From contig OZ336885.1 of NCBI GenBank assembly GCA_965287045.1, forward strand, positions 63,798,001 to 63,862,000: a stretch of 64,000 bases of DNA, given 5' to 3'. The notes beneath the pieces are model-generated. The model was not told where the DNA came from. It saw nothing but the letters and a program-made list of their open reading frames with translations, and searched no databases. Numbering within the stretch: position 1 is the stretch's first letter; each line of letters opens with the position of its first letter. This document shows positions 39,288 to 52,839 of this stretch, piece after piece. The stretch is from Carcharhinus amblyrhynchos (lineage: Eukaryota). Position numbers and translations under genes: made by a program.

Positions 39288-39323
39288 CACAATCATAAAG
39301 CTTTTTCTGCAGCTCATCTATTT
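39288..39323 (-). CDS. 36-nt phase 1-1 micro-exon EIDELQKKLYDC
   Basis: Acceptor cttttttcgcttctacttacag, donor GTG|gtgagc; matches the 12-aa repeat. Confidence 0.82.
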
Positions 39324-39923
39324 CTGTAAGTAGAAGCGAAAAAAGAACAAGATAAACATAAGTTATATAATGCCTGTTCGGACGTTTTTGTATGTAGCAC
39401 TGGCATTGGCATGAGTTATGACCCCGGACGTTGTGCTAGGAAGCAAGTGGATGCAAAAAAAAACAATCATTGCCTGAAGCACTATACACTCAGCTCAACG
39501 CTGGTTTAAATAGCATTGGATATTTCATGTCAGCACAAGACCACAAGACTGAGCTGAACAAACCGATGGGAGCCAACGAGGCTAATTAGCCATTCAGTGG
39601 GAACATGACTGTTATGAGATGGCAATACAAGGCTCACATTTCCAATAAAATCTCCACAACGACTGATGCACTTTTGATTATCTTAGCCTAGAATACATTT
39701 ACCAAACAGTCCTCTTAAACATTGTGCAATCACTATTTACATCCTGTTACTGAATTCAGAGAGAAGGAAGTGTTCCTAATCAGTGCCGTTAATGGTTCAT
39801 GCTTTATACTGAGGCCATATCCCTTACTTCTCACAAAACTGGAAACAACTTCTCAGCCCCGACACTTTCATGCTCACAGGAAAATATTTACTTGTCTCAC
39901 TGAGGTCGTATGCATTCTCCTAA

Positions 39924-40445
39924 TTGGGACGTCCCTGGTAACATGAAAGGATGTGGATGATACTAATTTTTCTTTTCTCTTTTTATTCACAGGTGCTTCG
40001 GCCCGCCTTGATGTCCAACGAGGGGCATACCCGCGAAGGGTTGTGCGAGGGCTGCTCTTGGTTGTTTCGAGAATAGCCTAGTACTTCGTGTCGTTAGTGT
40101 ACGCTTAAACTGAACCAGATGCTGGGCAACACGACAGCTCAGTGACTATCACTGTTTGCTGTGCAGGCACGTGGAATTGGGCCATTGTCTGTGGGAGTTC
40201 GCGGATTCTCCCCATGCTTGCGTGGGTTTACTCCGGGTGCTCCCGTTTCCTCCCACACCCCAAAGATGTGCTATTCGGCTGATTGGAGGTAATAAATTGT
40301 CCATAAATTAGTTTTCCCTCAGTGTGGAATGCCATAAGCATAGATAAGGGTCATGGGTGGAGGGGGGACTCGTACTGTTAAAATGGCGGCGCGGGCTCGT
40401 TGGGCCGAAGGGCATGTTTTCCTGGCTGTTTTGTTCTTTGTTCTA
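39924..40445 (+). mobile_element. Second, 5'-truncated copy of the composite acceptor/V-SINE/CR1-tail element
   Basis: Colinear with about 15165-15668: 'ctaatttttcttttctctttttattcacag|gtg', 'gggctgctcttgg', 'gcctagtacttc', 'acagctcagtgacta', V core, 'gcggcgcgggctcgttgggccgaagggc'. Confidence 0.88.
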
Positions 40446-40449
40446 ATCT

Positions 40450-41720
40450 CAGTTGAATGCACACCAAAACGTCTGAAATTTTACTCATGAGCAATTCCCT
40501 CCAAACCGGGGAATGACCTCATGAAAATGACCTGGACTGCATCCAAAGTCGGTGAATATCTAATTACAACGGGCGGTAGAGCTGCTCAACTCGTGCAAGT
40601 CTTGTCTACCTAAATTGTTGAATCGTTGTACATATATAGTCCCAGTTTTATACTCTGTTCCATTTGAAATACTGGTCAAAATTCAAACTGACGGCCCCAT
40701 TACGTGTTAAACTTGCATTGTCGCATTTTGGTTACTTTTTGAAAGCGAAATCCACTTCTCTCTCTTTTTTTTTTCTTTTTTTTGCCAACTTTCTCCTTTT
40801 TAATACTATTTTACTCTTTCACTATCCTGATATAGATTCACGTTTACCTGCGTTTTACTCGAGTAGACAGCCCATTCCTTGTAACTGTCCATGTCGCTCT
40901 GTCTTCTTTTTATTTCATCCTCACTATTTGCCTCCCTTTTTTTGTGTTACCAGTAATTTAAAAATGAAACATTCACTTTCTTCCGACATGTCATTGATAA
41001 ATACTTTAAAATATGTTGAATCCACCTCTGATCCTTTTACTTTTCGACTGCTTATATATGCCACTCTGATTTTTTTTTGTCTTGACATATAACTTGGTCT
41101 TCTATAATCGAGCAAGGCTTTTACTTTCAGCATGACGTGATGTTATTTTATTAAACAGCTACCTGCGTGGTATCTTTTTGAAAGATTATTTGTTTCAATT
41201 CAAGTAGCTCACACATACCTGTCTTTTTTTCTATACCTTGTTCCATACCTCATGCGCCTAAGTGCATGATATGCATGCTCTAGTCTGCTGTTACAACATT
41301 TGCAATTATCATTTCCACAAAAAAAAACAAAAAATGGCATGTTATTACCTGGTTTTCCCTCCATCCAGTAAAACTGTTGTGTGACGGGACTCCAATGTTT
41401 TTCCAATGTCTCCATGATTTTAAAAAAATTGTTCCGATGTTCAAGCACATCCAAAATCATTGAACTCGCTTCATTCAATAAGATAGGAATGCAAGCCATC
41501 ATGTCCAAAGAGCCTAATGCATTGTAACCAAATTGTTTTCCGCAGTAAATTCAAGTTGTCAAAGCTATTGTACTCTTTACATCCGCCCCACCACTCCCAC
41601 ATCCTGCTGCCCCTCCAAGCTCCACCTCACAGTTGCTATTCTTTTTTTTGCATTTTTGGGATGTCACAAAATCATCTTTCGTTAAGGATTCATTAAATTA
41701 ACCTGGGAATGTCACGTTTC
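40450..41720 (-). mobile_element. Very old CR1 remnant (host of the previous element)
   Basis: ORF 40924 (FKVFINDMSEESECFIFKL) resembles the RT region FxIFINDLDEG. Confidence 0.55.
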
Positions 41721-41769
41721 ACACCATTATTACTAGAGTTTCATTAATTTAGAGGAGCATGCATACTTC

Positions 41770-41947
41770 ACTCTCTCTCTCTCAGTCTCTCTCCCTCTCT
41801 CTCAATCGCTCTCCCTCTCTCTCTCTCAGTCTCTCTTTCTTTCAATCTCTCTTTTTCAATCTCTCAATCTTTCAATTTCTCAATCTTTCTCCCTGTCTCT
41901 CTTTCTCTCTCTCTTTCGCTCTCTCCCTCCCTACACCTCTCTCTCTC
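41770..41947. repeat. CT-rich low-complexity tract
   Basis: Directly visible. Confidence 0.9.
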
Positions 41948-42379
41948 ATTCCAACTGCGCCATTTAATTGATTTCTTTGCTATGCTATCCTCACAACTTA
42001 AAATTTTCCCCAGCTTCGATTGATTCAGTCAATATGCATAGATAGATATGGGATATTTGCTGTCTGAGCACTATTTGTTGGTGCATTGAGTTTGTTCAAT
42101 TGCCTTGCGATCTTGACAGGTTTTCGTGAACTCGTTCACATTTATTTCCATGTTTTAATTGTTTTCCGCCTTCGTTGTATGATATTTAAGTTGTGCCTTG
42201 CGAGATTATTCGTTTGACGACCGCCATTCTTGAATATCTAAATGTGGGTCGAGCCACGCCATGCACGTTGAATTCCTTCCTGGAATGAGACAGCAAATGA
42301 ATCCATGGAACGTAGGAACCTAGAACGTTCGAGTAACAGACGTTAATCCAGCCCTCAGAGCCCGCACCGCTATTTTTTA

Positions 42380-43720
42380 TTATCATGTCTGATCAGCATT
42401 TCATCCCAGCTGTATCCCCTTGTATTTTTTCCCCAAAGCATGTTTCTGCCCTTTTTGATCAATTATTCCTGTATCTCTTCTTGAATCCATTGTTAAATTT
42501 TGCTTCCATTGCGATGTGCGGCAATGTATTCCATAGTTTCAAAACAATTCTTTGAGAAATAGCTGCTCCTCCACCCTAACTTGAACATCCCCCTCATACT
42601 CTACAACTATGGCATATTGTCCAAGACTTCAGTTAACAGTTACTTGATGAATCTCGCCAAGTATCTTTTATGACTCAATCAAACTTCCTCCCATTTTTTG
42701 TTTTCTGCAGCGAGCTATTCTAATAATTAGCCCTGGAATCAACGTCAGAACTGTCCGCAATGCCACCACATGGCTTCTCAAAAATGAGACTAAAACTGAA
42801 TAAAATGTCATCGTGTGATTTCAAAATGTTTGAACGATTGAACAAATTGACCTTTTTTTTTATTTCAGGTTCTTTTCCAAAAAATGTCCAGATTCCGTTT
42901 GCCTTCCTTACATTATTCTGCACCGCAAACCCACTTTCTGAAATCCATGCACAAGCGCACGCAAATCCCTTTGCAGAGCCTTCTGAAACTGTTTCCCATT
43001 GAAATAGTATTTTCCCCTTTTAGCTTACAGGCCAACACGTGAAAACGCATCTGTCGTAAACTGGCCCAGTCCACGAGCCTGCCGATATCCATGTGTAATC
43101 GTTTCATCTCTTCATCTCTGCCTGTTCCCCGCCTATTTTCGTGTCATCAACAAATTCCTCTCTGCTACCCATTGTCTCTGCTTGAGAATTATTGATACAA
43201 ATTAGAAATGGTTGTCGTTTGAAACCTGAAACATGTGTAACACTAGAAGTTACAGATCACCTATTGGAGAAAAAAAAAATCTATTACAAATCTCTATCAT
43301 CGGTCAGTACTCCAAACTCATTCTAAGTGAACACCGTATCCGCAACATCTTGCCATCCAACTCTCTATTGTGGCAATTTATAAAAATGTCTACTGGAATT
43401 CCAGGTAGACCTCACCCACCGCATCTTCGTTAGCTAACTTGCTGGTTGCATCGTCAAATAATTCTCACAGGTTCGTCAAACAGGACCACAACTCAAGACT
43501 GCCCTGCAACTGGCGCACTGACTTTTGTTTATTTCCAGATGCTTTGTCTTTTTTTTAAGGATTAACTCCAGCAACTTTCCCACCTGGAAGTTTGATTTGT
43601 ATGATCCATTGACTCGCAATTTCTACCGCTTTCTTTTTTGAATAATTGGCATTTTACAGTCCTTCAGGAGTTTTTTCAGCATTCCAAGCAATTTTGGATT
43701 GTTTCAATTCATGCATCCCT
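42380..43720 (-). mobile_element. Old CR1 remnant; appears to continue at about 46030-46330 beyond a younger insertion
   Basis: KRLHMDIGRLVDWASLRQMRFHV; QNNVRKANGIWTF. Confidence 0.7.
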
Positions 43721-43726
43721 TATTCT

Positions 43727-46025
43727 CTGTTCTGAGTAATAGACCAGGCCAGGTGTTAGACTTGGAGGTATGTGAGGACTTTGGTGATAGTGACCATAAT
43801 TCGGTTACGTTTACCTTAGTGATAGAAAGGGATAGGTATATACCGAAGGACAGAAGTTATAGCTGGGGGAAAGGGAATTATGGGGCGATAAGGCGAGATT
43901 TAGGATACATAGGTTGGAGCAGGAAACTACAGGGGATGGGCACAATTGAAATGTGGAGCTTGTTCAAGGAGCGGCTACTGCGAGTCCTTGATACATTTGC
44001 ACCTGTCAGGCAGGGAGGAAGTTGTCGAGTGTGGGATCCGTGGTTGGCTCGGGAAGTTGAATCGCTTGTGAGGAGGAAGAAGGAGACTTGTGTAAAAATG
44101 AAACGTGAAGGCTCAGTTAGGGCATTGGATAGTTACAAGTCAGCCAGGAGGGAACTAAAGAGAGAGTTAAGAAGAGCCAGAAGATGACATAAGAAGGTTT
44201 TGGCAGGTAGGATCAAGGAAAACTCTAAAGCTTTCTGTAGGTATGTCAGGAATAAAATAATGATTGAGGCATGATGAGGGCCAGTCAGGGACTGAAGTGG
44301 AGAGCTGTGCTTGGAGCCTGAAGAGATAGGAGAGACACTAAATAAATATGTTTTATCAGTATTCATGCAGGAAAAAAGTCAATGTAGTCGAGGAGAATAT
44401 TGAGATACAGGCTTTTAGACTAAATGGGGTTCAAGTACATAAGGAGGAGGTAGTAGCAATTCTTGAAAGTACGGAAGAAGCTAAGTCCGCTGGGGCACAA
44501 GGGGCTTGCCCTAGAATTCTCTGGGAGGCTAGGGAGGACATTGAAGAACCTTTGGGTTTTGTTCTTTATGTCATCACTGGCTACAGGAATAGTGCCGGAA
44601 ATCTGGAGCTTAGCAAATATTGGCCCTTTGTTCAAGAAGGGGAGTAGAGGCCATTCTGGAAATTATAGATGAGTGAGCATTACTTATGTTGTGGGAAAAG
44701 TTTTGGAAAGGATTATAAGAAACAGGATTTATAATCAACGAGAACCAAATAATTTGATTAGGGATAGTCAACACGGTTTTGAGAAGGGTAGGTCGTGTCT
44801 CACAAACCTTATTGAGTTCTTTAAGAAAGTGACCAAATAGGTGGATAATAGTAAAGCATTTGATGTGGTGTATATGGATTTCAGAAAAGCGTTTGTTAAG
44901 ATCCTCCATGGTATGCTACTGCAGAAAATACGGATGCATGGGATTGAGGGTGATTTAGCGGTTTGGATCAGAAATTGGCTAGCTGATAGAAGACAGAGGG
45001 TGATGGTTGATGGGAAATATTCAACCTAGAGTTCAGTTACTAGTGGTGAACCGCAGGGATCTGTTTGGGGCCACTGCTGTTTGTCATTTTTATTAATGTC
45101 CCAGATGAGTGTGTAGAAGCATGGGTTAGTAAATATGAGGATGACACTAAAGTCAGAGGATTTGTAGACAGTGCGGATGGTTGGTACAGTATACAGAGGG
45201 CAATAGATAAGCTGCAGAGCTGGGTTGAGAGGAGGCAAATGGAGTTTAATGTGGAAAAGTGTGAGGTGATTCACGTTGAAAGGAGTAAAAGGATTACAAA
45301 GTATTGGGCTAAAGGAGAAACTCTTGATAGTGTTGACGTGCAGAGAGATCTTGGTGTACATGTGCATAGATCCCTGAGAGTTGGCATCCGGGTTGATAGA
45401 GTTGTTATCAAGGTGTACGATGTGATAACTTTTATTGGTAGAGTTTAGGAGCAGTGAGATCATATTGCAGCTGTACAAATCTCTGGTGTGGCCACACTTG
45501 GAGCATTGCGTACAGTTCTGGTTGCCACATGATAAGAAAGATGTGGAAGTATTGGAAAGGGTGCAGAGAAGATTTATCAAGATGTTGCCTCGTATGCTGG
45601 GAAGGTCTTATGAGGAAAGGTTGAGGGTCTTGAGGTTGTGTTCGTAAGAAAGAAAAAGGTTAAGAGGTGACTTAGTTGAGGCATACAAGATCATCAGAGG
45701 ATTAGATAGGGTGGACAGTGAGAGCCTTTTTCCTCGGATGGTAATTGTTAACAAGAGGGAACATGGCTTTAAATTGAGGGGTGATAAATACAGGACGGAT
45801 GTCAGAGATATGTTCTTTACTCAGAGGGTAGTAAGAGAGTGGAATGCCCTGTCTGCAGCAGTAGTGGAGTCGCCAACTTTAAGAGCATTCAAATGGTCAT
45901 TCAATAGATATATGGACAATATTGGAATATTTTAGCTTTGAGGATCATTGGATTGGTTCCACTGGGCGGCGCAACATCGAGGGCCGAAAGGCCTGTACTG
46001 CGTTGTAATGTTCTACGTTCGATGT
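43727..46025 (+). mobile_element. CR1-clade (HER1-like) LINE, 5'-truncated, multiply disrupted; same family as 2891-5238
   Basis: FGDSDHNSVTFTL, YMDFRKAFVK, GPLLFVIFIN/KYEDDTK, WPHLEHCVQFW; tail 'ggcgcaacatcgagggccgaaaggcctgtactgcgttgtaatgttcta'. Confidence 0.95.
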
Positions 46026-46429
46026 TAACTCCCTTAAAATCCCAGGGTGTTGGCCATCAAGACACTCGAACGTAACTATTTTTAAACACTTCCGTATCCT
46101 CAGCACCTTCGCCCTGGCTATGATAACTTCACCTGGTTCCAGCCTACAACCTGCAGTTTTTCTGACAAAATGGTATATTCTACTGTGTGGGCAAAAACAA
46201 AATCCTGGTTTAATGCATCTGACATCTTCGAGATTTCCATTATTATTATTATCAATGTTTAAGATTTAACCTAGCTTCCTTTCATTATTCTTTTATTTTT
46301 CATTCATAAATATCGTAAAACCTTCGGTTTTGTTGATCAGTTCTTGCTTTAATGACAACATTAAACAGCGACTGTTCGAAACATCATCAACAAACTGTAC
46401 CTGAATGCGAATGCAATTTTTTTTATTAT

Positions 46430-46720
46430 TTATTTGTCAGTGTCACAATTAAGGTTATATTAATACTGAAGTGAATTAACTGTGACAGTTCACCACATTC
46501 CCACATTTGTTCATGTAAACTGAGGAAGAACTTATCTCGGCCAATGCAATTAACCAACACGGCATTTGGACGATGGAAAAAAAAACACAGTGCACCCGGA
46601 TGATCCCCACGCAGGCACGTGGGGTGCATGATGACGCCGCGCAGACATTGACCCAAGTTGGGAATTGAAACCAGGCCGTGGCGCTATGTGGAACCATTGC
46701 TGAACGCTGTCCATCCTCGC
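46430..46720 (-). mobile_element. V-SINE, degenerate
   Basis: 'gtgcacccggatgatccccacgcaggcacgtgggg'; B-box-like 'gggaattgaaacc'. Confidence 0.65.
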
Positions 46721-46939
46721 GCCTGCACTATTGTGTTTGGTATGTGAAATGTTTCTCGAGAAAACATTTCTTTTAATGCATGACAACAACCGATGTAAGG
46801 TAATTGTCATGTGAAAAGCATACAGAAGATTGAATTGTCGAAAAATGTGATCATTTAACTCTCAAGGTTCAGCCCAAAAAATCGTTTTTTTTTTCCCAGC
46901 AGCCAGCCATATTCCATATGGTAGTCCAATTGTTCGTGG

Positions 46940-47240
46940 CGAAGTTGCCCCATCAGGGACCAAAGTTTCTTTTCCAGCTTTGCCTGACTGCGGATTTTGT
47001 ACATTCACGTTGTGTTATCCTGGGTTTCCTCCCAGAATTCATAGACGCAAACCTCAGATGAAACGGTCCCGCTGAATATCCCCTAATGTTCCAGTGCAGT
47101 GTAGTTTCGCTGGATGAGCTGGGCACCGTGATAGAATAGCGAGAATGGCTTAAACTACATGTTTATTTAGTTTGCGTTCCATTGTCAGACTCGATGGATA
47201 TATGAACTCTTTCTGAACTTTACAGTTCCTATGCTTCTAT
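46940..47240 (+). mobile_element. V-SINE remnant
   Basis: 'tgcggattttgtacattc...tcctgggtttcctcccag'; tail 'ttcctatgcttctatg'. Confidence 0.5.
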
Positions 47241-48329
47241 GGAATTGGAATACACCACGCAACAACGGCCTGAATTAGGACCTAAGAAGATTCAAGAAAA
47301 GGGAGGAATAAATGTTCAAATTAAAATCACGAGGACGATTTAAACATACGGTTGGAAAAAATAAGATTCGCAATTTGGGCATTCATTGTGGCTCACAGAA
47401 GAAACTTTCAGTGAGTAATGATATGAAGACCTGAAGCAGCACATTCCATTGTGCAAAATTATTTTCATCTGTTTATAATGTTTTCCACGTGCCTTGACTT
47501 TACCCATGCCTGACAAAAATATGCATGTCATACGTAACAGTCAAACAGGCATCTATGTATGTACATAAGACCTGGACAACGCTGGACACACGACGAAATG
47601 ACAATCCTTCATTGTCCATGAACTGAAATTTATGTAAACTATTTAAACACCGTATGTTATATGGTATTGCTAATATTCGTATTCGGTGAAATAAAACTAT
47701 TTCAATGTTTAAGTTCATACAGTTGTTTGTGACAAGGCAATTTATTAGTGTTTTGCAATGCTATTGGCTGAAAGACTTCACAGTTGTTTGAAGTAAGCTT
47801 ATGTATCATACGGTGGACAAGCAAGGGGATTGGATTTCACATTTAACACTTTCTACATCATAATGCAAAACTTGATTTAATATTAAAATTCAGAGATGTT
47901 ACCCAAATGATGAACACTGTGAAATTTCAGATTTATTTTCATAATGATTTTCATTGCACTCGCTATTTTCCTGACAGTCTATCTTCTGTTTTTGTAGATC
48001 TGTCACAAAAAGGAAACTAAACATATCGCGAACTCTTCAGAGCGAAGGCGAAATCTTCATTCAGCTCCCACAGCTTTTCTCGCATTTCGGTAAATCGTGG
48101 CTAATGACATTACTTGTCAGTGAAGTCATGCATAATGCATAACCTTGGAGGTATCGGTCGATATATGAAGTATGGAGCCGTTCTATCAAGTGTTTCATTT
48201 ATTTCACATTCTTAATTGTTTACAGTTTAAATAGATTATTTAAAGCTGGGAGTTATGTGCACTGGGCCGTCGCTCGCCGAGGCCATTAAATGCCTGGCAG
48301 AGCGAAGTGTCCAGAAGATACTGAACGCC

Positions 48330-49172
48330 TTCAAAAGGTAATACATAGTTGAAACGGAGTGGGCAATTGTCTGACAGATAGAGTGCAATGTAAGTAAATG
48401 TATGTTCATTCATTTTGCTGGGAAAAGCGGCAGAATCGACGATTATCTAAATGGTAAATAAATTGCAGGACACATTTCTGCAGAGGGATCGGTGTTCATT
48501 TGTGCATGAACCTCAACCTTTTGATTTGCAGTTGCAGCAGGTAATTAAGAAGTCCTATAGCATGTTGTTCTTCATGAAGTTGAAAAACAGTGAGGTTTTA
48601 ATGCAGCTCTACAAGGTGCTGATGTGACCACGTCAGTAAAATGTGTACAGTTTTGGTCTCCTTGCATGATAAATGATACATTTGTACTTGAGAGAGTGCG
48701 GAATCGACTCACTCGGTTTATCCCTAAGTTGGGATGTTTGACATATGAGGGAAGACTAAGTGGAATGAAAATATATCAGAGGAATTTACGAGAAGAATGA
48801 GTATTCTTATTGAAATAGCTAAATTTATGACGGGAATAAACAAGATAGAAGCGCGACCATTGAAACCAGAACTAGATGTCATAGACTCGAAATAGGGACA
48901 AAGAAATTGAGGACTAATTTGAGGTGGAACTTCTTCACCTAAATGTTTGTGAAACTTGCAATCCCCTGACTAGTGAAACAGTGGAAGCTGACACGTTGAA
49001 TGGTTTTCAGTCAAAGATAGATTGGTTATTGAACAGGTAAGCGATTAATGGTTATGGAGACTAGGCGAGTAAGTGGAGCTGAAACGATCACCATTGCCAC
49101 TATTAAATGTCGGAGCAGGCTCGAGAGGCCAAATGGCCTACTGCTTCCTCTAGTTCGTAAGTTCTAATGTTC
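48330..49172 (+). mobile_element. Degenerate CR1 3' half
   Basis: 'tgtgtacagttttggtctccttg'; tail 'cggagcaggctcgagaggccaaatggcctactgct'. Confidence 0.8.
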
Positions 49173-49589
49173 AATTCTGCTTTGCAGATCACTTCAAGTT
49201 CAGTTCATATCAACATGATTGCTATCTGATCTGTGATGTAGCCAGGTAAAGCTAAGGAAGACATTTTTTAAAATTCATAAATTGAGATATTTGATGGTTC
49301 TTTTGAATAATTCCTGATCGTCCGACGGACACTATTTCTGATACTGAGAGCTCGATTCCATTTCAGCAGGTTAAAATTTCAGGTGGGTTCCGAGACCACG
49401 TCTCGAACAAGTTACACGTTGGCCTCTCAAACGCATTACCAGAGCAATTCCGCAACAGCGAAAACATTGGTCATTTAAAAAAAAGCATGCCGATCGAAAT
49501 AATGCACATTTTGGCCGTGCAGAAATTTCCTCAAGACTTAAGGAATTCTTTGAGAACCGAAACAGTTGTTTTGAAATGTAAACTCTTAG

Positions 49590-49765
49590 AAATGTCGTAT
49601 TGAACTAAGGTGAGCACAGTAAGAAATCTCACTACACCAGCTCCAAGTCAAACAGGTTTATTTGGTATCACGGACTTTCGAAGTGGTGGTCCTTCATCAG
49701 ATGAGCAGCGGCTCCAGAGCTCGTGATAGCTAATATATCTGGTGCAGTAAGACTTATCATTATCA
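49590..49765. mobile_element. Degenerate relative of the 12520-12764 Penelope-like palindrome
   Basis: 'cacagtaagaaatctcactacaccag...agtcaaacaggtttatttggtatcacggactttcg...ccttcatcag' matches the left arm; the right arm is partly deleted. Confidence 0.75.
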
Positions 49766-51318
49766 GGCAGCCAAAGTGCACATAATTTGAACCCTCAGTA
49801 AACACAGTTAGAACCATTAGACGTTGTTCACCTATGTTTTTTAAACAATACGAAGTTCCTCCACTTGAGAAACGTTACCTTTCCGCCTTTATCCAAAGTA
49901 ATATTGGAACACTTTGCGTGCATCTGGCAGAGCAGACTGTTTAAATTCGAACAGCAGGCCATGTTTAAATGTGTAAAAAAAAGTGTCATTGTCCACAATG
50001 TCTGGAAGCTGCATCGCCCAGGATTAATGAATGCAGTAGCAAGGCTTCACATCAGAACCGTAGGTTACTTACTGCATGCATGAGAGCAAATGCAATTCAT
50101 AACAGGAAGTATTTGTATTCCGTTTTTGCATGCCAGAGCATTTGGTTCAGTGAATTTGCCACACATCAACTTCTCCCTACTTTGACAATATTTGTGCGCT
50201 TTTTCCCCTTGTGTACATGGTTCCGTTCATCAATATCTGTTTTACTTTTCACTCTTATTACCTCGGAGAATCATACACAATTGCGCCTCCCACAAGCAGC
50301 CAGAAGGTTTTCCAAGTTGACTGCTTTAAGATTTGGATGTGACAAAATGTTAATTGGTGGGAAATACTGTTCTGTATCTCGTACATTAAACAGTGTTTTT
50401 TTCCAACACGTCGTACATTATTAATTTACTTGGGAGAACTTTACTGCCTCTACTGCAGCAGTTGCTGTTTTCCGGTTCAAAACGTCTGTACCTTTATAAT
50501 GTAAATTATACAGAGTGATAGCCTTTGAATCTGGACCTCAGCGAGGAGCAGAGTTTCCGTGTCTCAGTCCAAAATTAAATAGCTTCAGCCAGTGATCTGC
50601 GAAAGTCGTTGAAGGTATTCTGAAGTTGTTGCAGAGAAACAGATCAGCCACACAATGGATGAAAATTAAACCCTCATCCCGACATCCTTCATTCGAGAGC
50701 GTCTATAAACGCAAGTTGCCAAAACAACTTGAATTTCTGCTGGAATTTGGTCGTCTTCTGTCTCATGGTGCTCATTAATTACATTCTTCTTATAAATCAG
50801 GTGCTTAATGGTCCCGTCTAAATCAAGTCGTTCCTGTGTCATTAACTGTCTCTTTCTGTTGAAAGGATGCGTTCCAGAAATGTGTTACAACACTTTTTAG
50901 TGAATCACATTGCAAATCTAATGCCATGATACGTTCTAGGAAAAAGGTTCTGTTGTCTCCTTCTTAAAAAGAAACAAGTCTAAATTTCCCAGTGCATTGC
51001 AGATCACTATGCATCGCACGTCTGAAAGTATTATTCCGATCGCGAACATGCTCAAGTCTTCCCCAGCTTTACACGGTTGATTTTAACGTTGATAAATAGC
51101 ACTATTTTTTGATAAGCAGCGCGTTACTATGGATGCACCAGCGAAATTAATCAACACAGAAAAAAATAATACTTTGCACTTTATTTCCCATTTGGATAAA
51201 ACAAGGCAGTATGAATCTTCTAATATTCATTTTGAGTAAAAATGGCTAAAATTACTAAACTACTACAAACACCTTCGGATGGTCAATGGTCAGACCAATT
51301 AACATATTCTGATCTCAC

Positions 51319-51362
51319 CTCCTGCTAATATATTGCAAAAGATTTCCCAGAGTTTATATCGG
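51319..51362 (-). CDS. Candidate 44-nt exon (N)RYKLWEIFCNILAG, phase 2-1
   Basis: Acceptor attttatatctatttag, donor GAG|gtgaga; restores phase 1 after the 54968 candidate. Confidence 0.3.
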
Positions 51363-51370
51363 CTAAATAG

Positions 51371-51378
<8 letters not shown>

Positions 51379-51456
<78 letters not shown>
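51379..51456. repeat. (TG)n microsatellite
   Basis: Directly visible. Confidence 0.97.
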
Positions 51457-51457
<1 letters not shown>

Positions 51458-52129
51458 ATGTTTTCTTTAGAATCTGTGTTTGTCCATTATGCATCAAATC
51501 CACACACGTTTGTAAATGAAAATTAGCTAAATTAGAAAAAAAACATGTGAATGAACTCATTTTCTTACGAAACATGGATGAGTTGCAACAAAAAAGGGAT
51601 CATTATTGCAAATAACGTTATTTTAACTTTGCAACCAACAATCTTACAGCACCTAAACCTGAGTAAAAATATGCCATTCTCTTAGGAATAGGTCACTTTG
51701 CTTATGCTGTCATATTTGCAATTGCTTTCTTGGAACTGAGTGGTGAGTATTGAATTGATGCATTGGGATGGAAACATAAACTCATATTGCTGGAACGTCA
51801 GGGCTAACGGCTCCGGGAAGTGTGACACTGGATTTGGAAACACAACGATCCGGTGATGTCTCATTGTCAACTGCTGTAAAACATACAACAGGTGCGCTAA
51901 TATCATTAAGCGAAGGAAAACTGTAGTCCATTCATGATCTGACCTACTTCTTCCTCGAGTGTCTCAGAAACTGATTAGCAATGTGACCCTTCAGTTGCAT
52001 TCAACTTCTCCAGAGCAAGTCGTCCATGAGACAATACAGGACAGACCACACCACAAGAATCTACAAAGGAAAGACGAACCATTTTGGCCGTGGAGCTTAT
52101 TTCAAACTTAGCTTTTTTTTCACATTTGG

Positions 52130-52510
52130 CGAGATATTAAGTTTAAGTGTGCTTATTCGCCACAAGTAGGCTTACATTCACGCTGCAATGAAGTTACTGT
52201 AAGTGTCCCCGCATCGCCAAATCCAGCGCCTGTTTGGGTACACTGAGGGAAATTCAGCATGGCCAATTCGCCTAACCTGTACATCTTTAGTCTGGGGGAG
52301 AACCCGGACCACTCGAAGGAAACCAGCAAAGGCTGTTTGTTTTTAAATATAAGACTGGTCGGCGCAACATTGTGGGCCGAAGGTCCTGTTCCGCGCTGTA
52401 ATGTTCTATGTTCTATGTTTTAAAACAGGAAAAATTGCAGAACACTGACACAGTCCGGAACTCGAACCCTAGTCCTTGGCGCTCTGAAGCAAGAGTTAAC
52501 CACTATGCAC
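52130..52510 (-). mobile_element. V-SINE-like element with a nested short CR1 tail (about 52352-52418, + strand)
   Basis: V core 'ctgggggagaacccggaccactcgaaggaaacc' and B box 'ggaactcgaaccc', interrupted by 'ggtcggcgcaacattgtgggccgaaggtcctg...tgttctatgttctatgt'. Confidence 0.75.
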
Positions 52511-52839
52511 AACTGCAACCGTATTGTAAAATCCCCAAGTCATAATCGTGTATCCTCATGGCGAAATAACTGAAAGCTAACTTCGGAGACATTGCCATGT
52601 CGACCCCTGATTATATCCACTTCCACATCAGGACAGTCTGAACAAAGGTGGCAACACAGTTGTATAAGGTGAAGAGGGAGTTACGGTCGGAGTGTTTAGT
52701 ATTGGCTCTTGATGTGCCATGGTTACCCGTGGACTATGGTGGAAAAAAAAATCCTTTGAGATTGACAGGCAGCCTTGCACCACAACTGCTGAATCTGGAT
52801 TTGCGCATGACTAACAGAAATTATGCAATATAATAGCTT

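Noticed and set aside
41219-41248. 30-nt segment GMEQGIEKKT resembling the 27-nt exons
   Set aside because: No credible acceptor, and it lies in a decayed CR1 region
50909-50935. 27-nt candidate ERIMALDLQ
   Set aside because: Weak donor (AAT|gtgatt); direct joining to the 39288 exon would create a TAA stop
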